Assembly (NCBI GenBank): GCA_040902855.1
Contig: JBBDWN010000025.1
Location: forward strand, 1 to 44,958
DNA from: Acidimicrobiia bacterium
Lineage (GTDB): Bacteria; Actinomycetota; Acidimicrobiia; Spongiisociales; ZC4RG35
Reading direction: 5' to 3'
DNA length: 44,958 nt
Part shown: in pieces, positions 18,622 to 27,613 of the stretch
Layout of the letters: each line of letters starts with the position of its first letter
How positions within the stretch are numbered: position 1 is the first letter of the stretch
The notes under the pieces: model-generated
The model's input: the letters and a program-made list of their open reading frames with translations, nothing else
The model's database searches: none
What the model was told of the DNA's origin: nothing
Translations under genes and position numbers: made by a program

Positions 18622-20919
18622 GTGTTTCGGAGACTGCGTTTGCCCGGCAAGCTCGTGCTTGCCGCAGTCCCATTGGTGCTCGCTCTCATCGGAGTTTCTG
18701 CGCTGTACGTGCAGTCCGCCTTCGCGGAGGCTGATGAAGAGCTGGCTGCTGTGCAACTGGCGGCCGTCTTGGTCGATGTTCGCAACACGGTCGATGCGCT
18801 GGCGATCGAGGCGGAAGATCCGCCGACTCACGCTGCTGAGACAGATGCACGGCTGACCGAGCTCCGTAGTTCGGTGAACGCGGCGGATGCTCCCCCGCTC
18901 GCCCGCCAGTTGGACGCCGCAGTCCGACGGCTCGCTCTCGTGCGCGCCGGGGCGCCTGAGGGCGACTTCGCAGGCTATGACCAGGTCGCAGGCGACCTCC
19001 TCTCCATAGCTTCGCTCGTGCCCGCCGAGGTGGCGAACAAAGAGTCGGCGCGCGCGCTGGAAGGCGTGTCAGCCATTGGCCGGGCTCGGCAGGTCGCTCG
19101 CGTCCAGGACCGGGCGATCACGGTGTCGTTCCCGTTGAACGAAGCCGATCGCACGACCCTCGAGCGGATTCGATCGTTGCAACTGGACTTCACCGGTTGG
19201 GTCGACCTCTTCCACACGGTCGCATCCGCCGAAGCCAGAACACTCTTTGCCCAGTCCGGAGCCCCAGTCACGATCGGCGGCGTGTCGACGCAGGTCTCTC
19301 GCGTCCTTACCGCCGAAATGGGGGTAGCGCCGATCTCCGAGGCGGACTGGAATCAACTGCTCGATGAGCGGGCCGAGACGCTCGGCGTCTTCGAGGAGCG
19401 GCTGACAGAGACGGTGCGCAGGTCGGCAGACGCCGCTGCAGCGCAGGCGGCTACTCGGGCGTGGATTGTCGTCACCGCCGCCATCGGTTCGCTCGTCCTG
19501 GCGGCCGTCATGACAGCCTTGATCTCCGGCTCGATCGTCCGCAGGGTGCGCGGGATCACCGAGCGCGCCCAGCACGTCGCCCAGGAACAGTTGCCGGCGC
19601 TCGTCGAGGCTCTTCGTGATCCGAGTGAGGACTCTGTGCTCCCTTCGATCCCACCCATGCGAGATCGGGGCGCCGATGAGATCGGCGACTTGGCGAGATC
19701 GTTCTCGGCCTTGCAGTCGACGCTCGAAGATGTCGCCGCCCAGCAGGTGGAGACATTACGGAAGGGCGTGGCCGACATGTTCGTCACCCTCGCTCGCCGG
19801 AACCGGAGCCTCATCGATCGACAGCTCGTACTCATCGACGAACTCGAATCCGACGAAGAGGATCCTGCCGCCCTCGCCGACTTCTATCGGCTCGATCACA
19901 TGGCGACTCGCATGCGTCGCAACTCCGAGAGCCTGCTGGTCCTTGCCGGCAACGAGCCACCGCGCACGTGGCGCACGCCGCTCGGAGTGGACGATGTCGT
20001 GAGGGCCGCCATCGGTGAGATCGAGGACTACCGGCGAGTCGACGTACTCACCCTCGAGTCGGTGCAACTGAAGGGAACGGTGGTCGCCGACCTGTCCCAC
20101 CTACTGTCCGAACTGCTCGAGAACGCAGCCCACTTCTCTCCGCCGCAAACTCGAGTGCGGATTTCCGGTCACTTCCACGAAGAGGGGTATCTGCTCACGG
20201 TGGCGGACCGTGGGGTGGGGGTACCCCAGTCTCGCCTTTCCGAGCTCAACGCTCTTCTCGAGAAGCCACCGGTCATCGGACTTGCGCTCGAACCGTTCCT
20301 CGGCCTCTACGTCGTCGCCATGCTGGCCAGGCGTCACGGGATCCAAGTCCGGCTCGTGCCCGGCGCACCGGGTATCTCGGCGAAGCTGCTGATTCCTCCG
20401 ACGTTGTACGAGGCGGCCCCGGTTCCCGAGTCCATCGACGAGGCGCCTTCCCGACCAGGAGAGAGCGAGCCCCCCTTCGGTCGGCGCAGGACAGTGCCGG
20501 TGCCAACCCCGGCAACTTCACCGGCACCACCGGCTCCGGTTCCGATCCCCCGGTGGGGGCCACCCTCGAAAGTGACGAATCAGCAGCCACAGGTCGAAAC
20601 CGGATCCGGCCCGGCGGTCAGTCCGGTCGAGCTTCAACCCGCCACCCTCTCGCTCGCGCAGCCCGAAGAGTCGACGGGCCCACCGGCTCTGCCCGCCCGA
20701 GTGCCGGTGGCGCCGAGCTGGAATGACGGGCCACACGCGGTCGGTGCGGACCTTCCCGTGCGCCGTCCCGGCAGCGCATTCGAGGCCGATCCGACGTCGG
20801 AGCGTCCGGTGGTCACCCAACCGGCTCGGACCCCGGACGCGGTGCGTTCCAGCTTCGGTGCCTTCCAGACCGGTCTTGCGGCCGGTCGGCGCGAAGTGTC
20901 TGAAGGAGATGAGGAATGA
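18622..20919 (+). CDS. cvnA: Conservon sensor component (CvnA-like): membrane-anchored histidine-kinase-like ATPase with an extracytoplasmic sensing domain
   Basis: 765 aa. TM (LVLAAVPLVLALIGVSALY), an extracytoplasmic region of about 260 aa, a second TM (AWIVVTAAIGSLVLAAVMTALI), and a HAMP-like linker. Family-typical LARRNRSLIDRQLVLIDELE and FYRLDHMATRMRRNSESLLVLAG. HATPase N-box ELLENAAHFSPP and G1 VADRGVGV. Pro/Ala-rich tail. GTG start. Confidence 0.8.
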   Translation: MFRRLRLPGKLVLAAVPLVLALIGVSALYVQSAFAEADEELAAVQLAAVLVDVRNTVDALAIEAEDPPTHAAETDARLTELRSSVNAADAPPLARQLDAAVRRLALVRAGAPEGDFAGYDQVAGDLLSIASLVPAEVANKESARALEGVSAIGRARQVARVQDRAITVSFPLNEADRTTLERIRSLQLDFTGWVDLFHTVASAEARTLFAQSGAPVTIGGVSTQVSRVLTAEMGVAPISEADWNQLLDERAETLGVFEERLTETVRRSADAAAAQAATRAWIVVTAAIGSLVLAAVMTALISGSIVRRVRGITERAQHVAQEQLPALVEALRDPSEDSVLPSIPPMRDRGADEIGDLARSFSALQSTLEDVAAQQVETLRKGVADMFVTLARRNRSLIDRQLVLIDELESDEEDPAALADFYRLDHMATRMRRNSESLLVLAGNEPPRTWRTPLGVDDVVRAAIGEIEDYRRVDVLTLESVQLKGTVVADLSHLLSELLENAAHFSPPQTRVRISGHFHEEGYLLTVADRGVGVPQSRLSELNALLEKPPVIGLALEPFLGLYVVAMLARRHGIQVRLVPGAPGISAKLLIPPTLYEAAPVPESIDEAPSRPGESEPPFGRRRTVPVPTPATSPAPPAPVPIPRWGPPSKVTNQQPQVETGSGPAVSPVELQPATLSLAQPEESTGPPALPARVPVAPSWNDGPHAVGADLPVRRPGSAFEADPTSERPVVTQPARTPDAVRSSFGAFQTGLAAGRREVSEGDEE

Positions 20920-21335
20920 CGAATGCAGCCGACAGCCTCAACTGGCTCATCATCCGATTCGTCGAGCACATACCGGCCGTCCGCCAAGCCGTCGTCGTCT
21001 CGAGCGACGGGCTCGCCCTCGCGGTCTCGGACGGTGTGGAACGCGAGGCCGCCGAACGACTGGCTGCTGTCGCCTCCGGTCTGATCGGACTCGCGTACGG
21101 CTCGGCAGGACGCTTCGGCGCCGGGGCAGTCAACAACGTCATCATCGAGATGGAGCGAGGCTGGCTGTTCGTCACCGGAATTCGCGACGGATCACTGCTG
21201 TGCGTCATGACCGCGCGCGATGCCGACATCGGAATGATCGGTTATGAGATGGCGCTGTTCGCAGACCGAGCAGGCGACGTGCTCACTCCAGAGGTTCGAG
21301 ACGAGCTGAAGGCCGATCTGCTCGGGGGCGCGTGA
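20916..21335 (+). CDS. cvnB: Roadblock/LC7 domain protein (CvnB-like, MglB-type)
   Basis: 139 aa. LNWLIIRFVEHIPAVRQAVVVSSDGLALA ... GYEMALFADRAG is typical of actinobacterial roadblock/LC7 conservon proteins. ATGA overlap with cvnA. Confidence 0.85.
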   Translation: MTNAADSLNWLIIRFVEHIPAVRQAVVVSSDGLALAVSDGVEREAAERLAAVASGLIGLAYGSAGRFGAGAVNNVIIEMERGWLFVTGIRDGSLLCVMTARDADIGMIGYEMALFADRAGDVLTPEVRDELKADLLGGA

Positions 21336-21339
21336 GGTC

Positions 21340-21693
21340 ATGACCGATCGAGCATCCGAAGGTCGGTTCGTTCGGCCGTACGCCATCACCGGGGGACGAA
21401 CCGACGTCGAAGTCGACATCGATCTCGAGACACAGGTCGAGGCCACCCCAAAGGGTCTCGCCGCCCAGTCGCGCTATCGGTGGGAGGCCGCCCAGGTGAT
21501 CGACATGTGTCGCCGACCCGTCGCCCTGGTGGAAGTTGCAGCGAGAATGGCGCTTCCGATCGGCGTCGTGCGGGTGGTGGTCGCGGATCTCGAAAAGGAC
21601 GGAGCGATCGGTGTGCACCGGCCGGCTGACGGGGATTCGGTCTCGTACACGGAACTTCTCGAACAGGTGCTCGAAGGGATACGGAGTCTCTGA
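21340..21693 (+). CDS. cvnC: DUF742 protein (CvnC-like)
   Basis: 117 aa. Hallmark FVRPYAITGGRT motif and a C-terminal wHTH-like segment VALVEVAARMALPIGVVRVVVADLEKDG. Confidence 0.8.
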   Translation: MTDRASEGRFVRPYAITGGRTDVEVDIDLETQVEATPKGLAAQSRYRWEAAQVIDMCRRPVALVEVAARMALPIGVVRVVVADLEKDGAIGVHRPADGDSVSYTELLEQVLEGIRSL

Positions 21694-22256
21694 TGAGGAG
21701 GACACCAGTCAAGATCGTGGTGGCCGGAGGATTCGGGGTCGGCAAGACGACCTTCGTCGGCGCCATCTCCGAAATCGAGCCCCTGCGTTCGGAGGCGGTT
21801 CTTACCGACGCGAGTGTCGGTGTCGACGATCTCAGCGACGTCACCCACAAGACGACGACCACGGTGGCGATGGACTTCGGGCGTGTCGCACTGGGCGACG
21901 ATCTCGTGCTGTATCTCTTCGGCACACCGGGACAGGGGCGCTTTCACTTCATGTGGAACGAGCTTGCGCGGGGAGCGATCGGCGCTGTCATCCTGGCTGA
22001 CACCCGACGCCTGGACGACTGTTTCGCGGCGATCGACTTCTTCGAGAGTCGCTCGGTTCCGTTCACGATCGCCGTCAACACGTTCCACGGGGCGCGATTC
22101 CATCAACTCGATGCCGTCCGCTCCGCACTCCAGATCCCCGACACGTCCCCGGTGGTGTACTGCGACGCCCGGGAACGACACGAGGTCCAGCGAGCGCTCA
22201 TCGGTCTGGTCTCCCACGCATTGGAGCGAGCCCGGGCCGAAGTTCGCTCTGGCTGA
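21693..22256 (+). CDS. cvnD: Ras-like small GTPase / ATP-GTP-binding protein (CvnD-like, MglA-related)
   Basis: 187 aa. P-loop VAGGFGVGKTTF, switch II LFGTPGQGRF (no Asp, as in MglA) and G4-like AVNTF. TGATG overlap with cvnC. Confidence 0.85.
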   Translation: MRRTPVKIVVAGGFGVGKTTFVGAISEIEPLRSEAVLTDASVGVDDLSDVTHKTTTTVAMDFGRVALGDDLVLYLFGTPGQGRFHFMWNELARGAIGAVILADTRRLDDCFAAIDFFESRSVPFTIAVNTFHGARFHQLDAVRSALQIPDTSPVVYCDARERHEVQRALIGLVSHALERARAEVRSG

Positions 22257-22959
22257 CGGTCGGTGGAAAAACGATGCCCGACGCGGTGACTTCTCGCGGT
22301 TCGACCGGGTCGGCGGAAGGGTCGGTGTCGAGTCCTTTGCGTTCTGCTCCTTCGACCGCCCGCGCCAACAGTCGCTCGAGTCGGGCGATCTCGGTGTCCA
22401 ACTCGCGGACTCGGGCTTTGGCCGAGAGCTCGCGCTGCTGCATCGCTCGCAGAATCTCTCTGTGTTCCTTGTCGGCCGCCTCTGCCCTGGCGCGTGCATC
22501 TCGTTCGATCAGCTCAGCCTTGCGGCGGGCGTCTTCGGTAATGGCGCGACTCCGGGCTTCGGCCTCGGACCGGGCGACGCGCAGGATCCGATCGGCGGTC
22601 TCGCTTGCCTGCTGGATCGCGTGCTCCGGATCGGCTTCGATCGCAGGGGCTGTCGCTGTGACTGTGCGGAGTTCGGATTGCGCGTTGGCGATCGCCTGCT
22701 CGCGTGCCTCCTCCGCCTCTGCCAGGGTCGCGTCCGCTTGCATCCTCGCCTCCGTCAGGGTGCGCTCGGCCGTCTGGCGGACCGCCGAGGCTTCCTGCTC
22801 GGCGGCGATCCGAAGATCGTCGGCGTCGCCGACGATCCCGGCCGCACGCCGCTGTCCGTCACGGACGATGGATTGCGCCTCTTCCTGTGCCTTCGAGACG
22901 AGCTTCTCGGCAACGCGTACCAGGGCCTCGGCTTGAATCTTCGCCTCGGCCGGATCCAT
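22198..22959 (-). CDS. Hypothetical coiled-coil protein (Ala/Glu/Arg/Gln-rich, ATP-synthase-b/DivIVA-like repeats)
   Basis: 253 aa. GC3-rich frame on the minus strand, with long heptad-like stretches (AQEEAQSIVRDGQRRAAGIV, AEQEASAVRQTAERTLTEARMQADATLAEAEEAREQAIANA, ARSEAEARSRAITEDARRKAELIERDARARAEAA). The start overlaps the upstream stop by 1 nt. No family assignment is possible by eye. Confidence 0.6.
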   Translation of the reverse strand: MDPAEAKIQAEALVRVAEKLVSKAQEEAQSIVRDGQRRAAGIVGDADDLRIAAEQEASAVRQTAERTLTEARMQADATLAEAEEAREQAIANAQSELRTVTATAPAIEADPEHAIQQASETADRILRVARSEAEARSRAITEDARRKAELIERDARARAEAADKEHREILRAMQQRELSAKARVRELDTEIARLERLLARAVEGAERKGLDTDPSADPVEPREVTASGIVFPPTVSQSELRPGLAPMRGRPDR

Positions 22960-23699
22960 CAGCGCCGCCTCCGACCTCGTCTGTCTGGTCCGGGGGAAGC
23001 GCGGAACGCGGAAGTGGTCAACTGTTCGGTAAGGGGTGCGTGCGTGGTGAGTGGGCCGGACGCGGAGTACTTCACCACTCGCGCATCGCCGTCGTGGCGT
23101 CCATTCGTCCGGGACTCCTCTGCAGGTGGCGTCAGGCTGTCGAGATCGACTGAGACAGTCCTCGTCGCGGGCGCGTCCGGCGCCGGTTCTGCGTCTTCTT
23201 CAGCATGCTTCGCGCCTTGAAGTTGAGATTCGAGATATCCGATCCTGGCGAGAAGCTCCGCCTCGCGTTCGCGGAGCACTTGAGCCTCGATCCGATGAAC
23301 ACTCTCGATCTCGGCGGCTTCGGCGGCGACGCGAGCGTGGAGTGTCGTCTCCAGATGGTCGAGTTCGACCTGGCGGCCCTCTGCCTCACTTCTGGCCGAC
23401 TCAGCCTCTTGCTCGGCGGCACGGAGGGTGTCTGCCGCCGCCGCCGAGGCTTCTGCGAGCACTGCGGAAGCCTGCTCCGTCGCTTCTTGGACGAGGACGA
23501 CGGCGGACCGCCGTGCGTCGGCGAGGAGCGCGGCAATACGGGCTGTCTCTCGGTCCGTTTCGACCGAGGCCATTTCGACGAGAAGGGTCGGTGCAGGGTC
23601 GGCGATGTGCGGAGCGTTCTTGCCGCCGAGTCCGACCGGGGCGATGACAGTTTGGACGTCGTGTTCCATGCCGGAAGAGTTCTGTGCGAGAGACAACAT
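22959..23699 (-). CDS. Hypothetical coiled-coil protein with a non-helical C-terminal tail
   Basis: 246 aa. The central part is helical and Ala/Glu-rich (RETARIAALLADARRSAVVLVQEATEQASAVLAEA ... REREAELLARIGYLESQLQ). The C-terminal region of about 80 aa is Pro/Thr/Ser-rich and ends RRGRRRR. The start is uncertain (ATG at 23699 or 23669) and no SD is visible. Confidence 0.55.
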   Translation of the reverse strand: MLSLAQNSSGMEHDVQTVIAPVGLGGKNAPHIADPAPTLLVEMASVETDRETARIAALLADARRSAVVLVQEATEQASAVLAEASAAAADTLRAAEQEAESARSEAEGRQVELDHLETTLHARVAAEAAEIESVHRIEAQVLREREAELLARIGYLESQLQGAKHAEEDAEPAPDAPATRTVSVDLDSLTPPAEESRTNGRHDGDARVVKYSASGPLTTHAPLTEQLTTSAFRASPGPDRRGRRRR

Positions 23700-23773
23700 G
23701 TTGAAACCATCGGCGTGTTCGCGCCCAAACCTGAGACATAGTGCGTAGGCCCATGTGATTACCGTCGGTCCTG

Positions 23774-24454
23774 ATGCTGATCGACTCCGATGTCTTGTGG
23801 ATGGCCCAAACCAACTGTTGGGTGCTGGCCCGTGGACCGGGTGAGCCGGCGGTCATCATCGACGCTCCTCCCGACTCCGAACGGATCGTCGCTCTCCTCG
23901 CCCGCCATCGGCTCAGTGCGGCCGCCCTGGTGTTGACTCACGGCCACGTCGACCACGCCGGAGGAGCAGAGGCCGTCGAGCGGTCACTCGGCGTGAAGAG
24001 CTGGGTCCATCCTGACGATGACTTCCTCACCTTGGCGCCGGAGGATCAACTGCGGGCGCTGTTCGGCATGCGGCCGCCCGGTGAGTACGGGGCGCCGATC
24101 AACAGAGTTGCACTCGCCGACTCAGACGTTCTCGAGGTGGCAGGATTCCGGTTGAGGGTTCGGCACACACCCGGACATACCCCCGGTCACGTCTGTCTCG
24201 AAGTCATCGATGAAGGTGTGCTGTTTTCCGGGGATCAGCTGTTCGCAGGGAGTGTCGGGAGGACCGACCTTCCGGGCGGTTCATGGGACCAGCTGATCGA
24301 GTCCATGCGCAGCCGGGTCCTCGATCTCCCGGATGACTACCGGGTCCTGCCCGGTCACGGGCCGGAGACGACCATCGGCCGCGAGCGCCGCACGAACCCG
24401 TTCCTGGTGGATCTCGACGACGGGCCGGCGAGGCGCGCCGAGTTCGGTGATTAG
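23774..24454 (+). CDS. MBL-fold metallo-hydrolase (glyoxalase II-like)
   Basis: THGHVDHAGG (HxHxDH) motif, downstream HTPGHTPGH, and GD...D/H ligands. Position upstream of hisS is conserved in actinobacteria. Confidence 0.85.
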   Translation: MLIDSDVLWMAQTNCWVLARGPGEPAVIIDAPPDSERIVALLARHRLSAAALVLTHGHVDHAGGAEAVERSLGVKSWVHPDDDFLTLAPEDQLRALFGMRPPGEYGAPINRVALADSDVLEVAGFRLRVRHTPGHTPGHVCLEVIDEGVLFSGDQLFAGSVGRTDLPGGSWDQLIESMRSRVLDLPDDYRVLPGHGPETTIGRERRTNPFLVDLDDGPARRAEFGD

Positions 24455-24499
24455 CCTCGTTCCGGTCCGCCCGACGATCCAGAGACCGGTCTCGCGCCC

Positions 24500-25852
24500 A
24501 TGATTCCTCCCCGCACACCGCCCGGCATCCTCGAACTCCTTCCCGCCGAGCAAGCCACGTTCCGGCGCATGCTCGACACCGTCCGCACCACCTATGAGCG
24601 CTTTGGTTTCGTCGAGATCGAGACTCCCGTCTTCGAACGGACAGAGGTGCTGCTGACGAAGACCGGCGGCGAGACGGAACGCCAGATCTACTTCGTGCAG
24701 TCGACAGGATCGATGGACAGCGATGCCACCCCGGACCTGGCCCTGCGATTCGACCTGACCGTCCCCCTCGCCCGGTACGTCGCCGAACATCAGAACGACC
24801 TCGCCTTTCCCTTCAAGCGGTATCAGATCCAGCGCGTCTACCGCGGTGAGCGGCCGCAGCGCGGTCGGTTCCGCGAGTTCTACCAATGCGACATCGACGT
24901 GATCGGACGCGAGTCTTTGAATCTGCGCCACGACGCTGAAGTGCCCGCCGTCATCGCAGACGTGTTCACTCGACTCGAAGTCGGCTCGTTCACGATCCGC
25001 ATCAACAACCGGTTGCTCATGTCGGGGCTTCTTGGCCAACTCGGGATCGATGGCGACCTGCAGGCGGCGGTCCTCAGGGAGGTCGACAAGCTCGACAAGC
25101 GGGATCCCGATGAGGTGAAGGCCGCGCTGGTGGGGCTCGGACTCTCCCAGGGTGACGTCGCCGCCCTCCTCGACTTGGTCGGGGTCCGGGTCCGGGGCGC
25201 TGATGACGCGATCGCCTCGCTGGGTTCGCTCGAGGCGAAGGACGATCGGGCACGACGAGGGAGAGAGGATCTTCGGATCGTGTTCGAGACGCTGGCCGCA
25301 CTCGGCGTTCCCGACCAGGCCTATGCCCTCGACCTCGGGATCGCCCGCGGTCTGGAGTACTACACGGGGACCGTGTACGAGACCACCCTCGATGCTCATC
25401 CGGAGATCGGATCGGTGTGTTCAGGAGGGCGATACGACGATCTGGCGAGCCTCTACACGAATACCCGCCTGCCAGGCGTCGGGATTTCCATCGGGCTGAC
25501 CCGGCTCTATTGGCAACTTCGGGAAGCAGGTGTGGCGGGTGCCGGTTCGACGTCGGTCGATGCGTATGTGACAGTGATGGACGACGAAGGCCTGAACCCC
25601 GCCTTGCGTCTGGCCACATCTCTTCGGGCGGCCGGGATCAACACGGATGTGGCGTCCGAGGCGGGACGTCTCGGCAAACAACTCAAATACGCCGACCGCA
25701 TCGGAGCGCGCTACGCGATCATCGCCGGTGAGGACGAGCGGTCGAGGGGGGCGGTCACCGTCAAGGATCTGCTGGTCGGCGACCAATTCGAGTCCGCCCC
25801 AGATGAGTTGGCGGAGTCACTCAACCGAAGAATTCAATCAGGAGCATCATGA
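24500..25852 (+). CDS. hisS: Histidine--tRNA ligase
   Basis: Class II aaRS motifs: [46 protein letters not shown]-terminal anticodon-binding domain. Confidence 0.95.
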   Translation: MIPPRTPPGILELLPAEQATFRRMLDTVRTTYERFGFVEIETPVFERTEVLLTKTGGETERQIYFVQSTGSMDSDATPDLALRFDLTVPLARYVAEHQNDLAFPFKRYQIQRVYRGERPQRGRFREFYQCDIDVIGRESLNLRHDAEVPAVIADVFTRLEVGSFTIRINNRLLMSGLLGQLGIDGDLQAAVLREVDKLDKRDPDEVKAALVGLGLSQGDVAALLDLVGVRVRGADDAIASLGSLEAKDDRARRGREDLRIVFETLAALGVPDQAYALDLGIARGLEYYTGTVYETTLDAHPEIGSVCSGGRYDDLASLYTNTRLPGVGISIGLTRLYWQLREAGVAGAGSTSVDAYVTVMDDEGLNPALRLATSLRAAGINTDVASEAGRLGKQLKYADRIGARYAIIAGEDERSRGAVTVKDLLVGDQFESAPDELAESLNRRIQSGAS

Positions 25853-27606
25853 CCGAGTACCGCACGGCCCACGCCGGCACCATGGACGAGAGCCGAATCG
25901 GCGATACCGTCACTATCGCCGGATGGGTCCAACGCCGTCGCGACCATGGGGGAGTGGCTTTCTTCGATGTGCGTGACGCATCGGGTGTAGTTCAGGTCGT
26001 GGCAGATCCGGAGACGATCCCCGAGGTGGGCGACCTCCGCATGGAGTTCTGCGTTTCGGTCACGGGCGAGGTGCGGCACCGTCCCGAAGGGACCGTGAAC
26101 GCTGACCTCCCGACCGGCGACGTGGAGATCGGTGCGACCGCGCTCGTGGTGTTGAGTCCCGCCGACCCGCTCCCTTTCATGCTCGACGACCGTATCGACA
26201 CCGACGAGCGCGTCCGTCTCGAATACCGCTACCTCGATCTGCGTCGGCCCTCGATGGCCGCCAACCTGCGGGCTCGCTCGAAGGCTTCGTCGGCTATCCG
26301 TCAGACACTGGAGGCCAAGGGGTTTCTCGAGGTCGAGACTCCAACGCTGATCCGGTCGACTCCGGAGGGCGCTCGCGACGTGCTGGTTCCGAGCCGGCTG
26401 CGCAAGGGCAGCTTCTACGCACTTCCGCAATCGCCTCAGCTCTTCAAACAGATGCTGATGATCGCCGGAGTCGAGCGGTACTACCAGATCGCCCGGTGCT
26501 ATCGAGACGAGGACTTTCGGTCCGACCGCCAGCTCGAATTCACGCAGTTGGATCTCGAGGGTGCGTTCTGGGGACAGGAAGACGTGCTGGCGGTCGTGCA
26601 GGAGGTCATTGCGGCCGCGGTCAGGGCAGTGCGCGGGATCGAAGTGGAGACGCCATTTTTGACGCTCAGCTGGCGCGAGGCAATGGATCGCTTCGGATCG
26701 GACAAGCCCGACCTTCGATTCGGGATGGAGATCTCCGATCTGGGGCCGGTCTTCTCGACAACGGAATTCGGCGTGTTTTCGAACACGCTCGCAAACGGCG
26801 GCACTATCCGCGGAATAAACGCCGGAAAGATCGATTTTCCACGTTCACGCGCCGACGCCCTCACCGAAGATGCCAAAGCCGCCGGCGCCAAAGGGCTGGT
26901 GTGGATGGTGGTCGAGGACGACGGCAGCCTCCGATCTCCAGCCGCAAAATTCTTGACGGCACCCGAACAACACGAACTGGCCGCCGCTTTGGATGCCGCG
27001 CCAGGCGATGTCCTCTTGATAGTGGCCGATGGGTGGAAGACGGCCGTGACTGTCCTTGGTGGCCTTCGAAACGCGATCGGGAGGCCTACGGGCCACGACG
27101 ATCTCGTGTTCTTGTGCGTCGTCGACTTCCCGATGTTCGAAGAGGACGAAGACGGAAAGATCACGTTCTCCCACCATCCGTTCACCGCGCCCCGCGACCT
27201 GGAGATCGCTCGAACGAGCCCGCTGGAAGCGACGTCCAAGGCGTACGACGTGGTTGTCAACGGGATCGAGTTGGGCTCGGGTTCGGTGAGGATCCACGAT
27301 CCGGAGATTCAGTCCGAGGTGTTCGACATCCTCGGCATCGATCGCGAGTCGGCGGAGAGGCGTTTCGGCTGGTTCCTTCGTGCCCTTCGTTATGGGACAC
27401 CGCCACACGCAGGATTTGCATTCGGCATCGATCGTCTTGTCATGGTGCTCCAGAACGAGACGTCGATTCGCGATGTGATCCCGTTTCCGAAAACCCAGAC
27501 AGGATTGGATCCGCTCACGTCCTCGCCGAGTCCGGTCGACGACGTCCAACTCATGGAGCTCGGAATCCGGCTGAGACCGGAAGTGTCTGCCCCCGAGGAG
27601 ACCTGA
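25849..27606 (+). CDS. aspS: Aspartate--tRNA ligase
   Basis: OB-fold N-terminus ([19 protein letters not shown]), [44 protein letters not shown] overlap with hisS. Confidence 0.95.
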   Translation: MTEYRTAHAGTMDESRIGDTVTIAGWVQRRRDHGGVAFFDVRDASGVVQVVADPETIPEVGDLRMEFCVSVTGEVRHRPEGTVNADLPTGDVEIGATALVVLSPADPLPFMLDDRIDTDERVRLEYRYLDLRRPSMAANLRARSKASSAIRQTLEAKGFLEVETPTLIRSTPEGARDVLVPSRLRKGSFYALPQSPQLFKQMLMIAGVERYYQIARCYRDEDFRSDRQLEFTQLDLEGAFWGQEDVLAVVQEVIAAAVRAVRGIEVETPFLTLSWREAMDRFGSDKPDLRFGMEISDLGPVFSTTEFGVFSNTLANGGTIRGINAGKIDFPRSRADALTEDAKAAGAKGLVWMVVEDDGSLRSPAAKFLTAPEQHELAAALDAAPGDVLLIVADGWKTAVTVLGGLRNAIGRPTGHDDLVFLCVVDFPMFEEDEDGKITFSHHPFTAPRDLEIARTSPLEATSKAYDVVVNGIELGSGSVRIHDPEIQSEVFDILGIDRESAERRFGWFLRALRYGTPPHAGFAFGIDRLVMVLQNETSIRDVIPFPKTQTGLDPLTSSPSPVDDVQLMELGIRLRPEVSAPEET

Positions 27607-27613
27607 GTCCGCC

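Noticed and set aside
21474-23220. Long alternative-frame ORFs (21474-22499 minus, 21814-23220 plus, 22274-22936 plus) across cvnC/cvnD and the coiled-coil genes
   Set aside because: I considered them because this is the accessory region. Their products are Ser/Arg/Ala/Pro low-complexity strings, whereas the chosen frames give recognisable domains (DUF742, P-loop GTPase) or regular coiled coils with good GC3 bias.
24455-24499. Possible T-box, riboswitch or attenuator upstream of the aaRS genes hisS, aspS and alaS, including the CCGGTC/GACCGG hairpin at 24462-24489
   Set aside because: The spacers are only 45, 0 (overlap) and 54 nt, far too short for a T-box. The 6-bp stem with a 16-nt loop has no U-tract or specifier features.
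24281-25399. 372-aa minus-strand ORF antisense to hisS
   Set aside because: It overlaps the MBL hydrolase and hisS genes. No motifs; a mirror-frame artefact.
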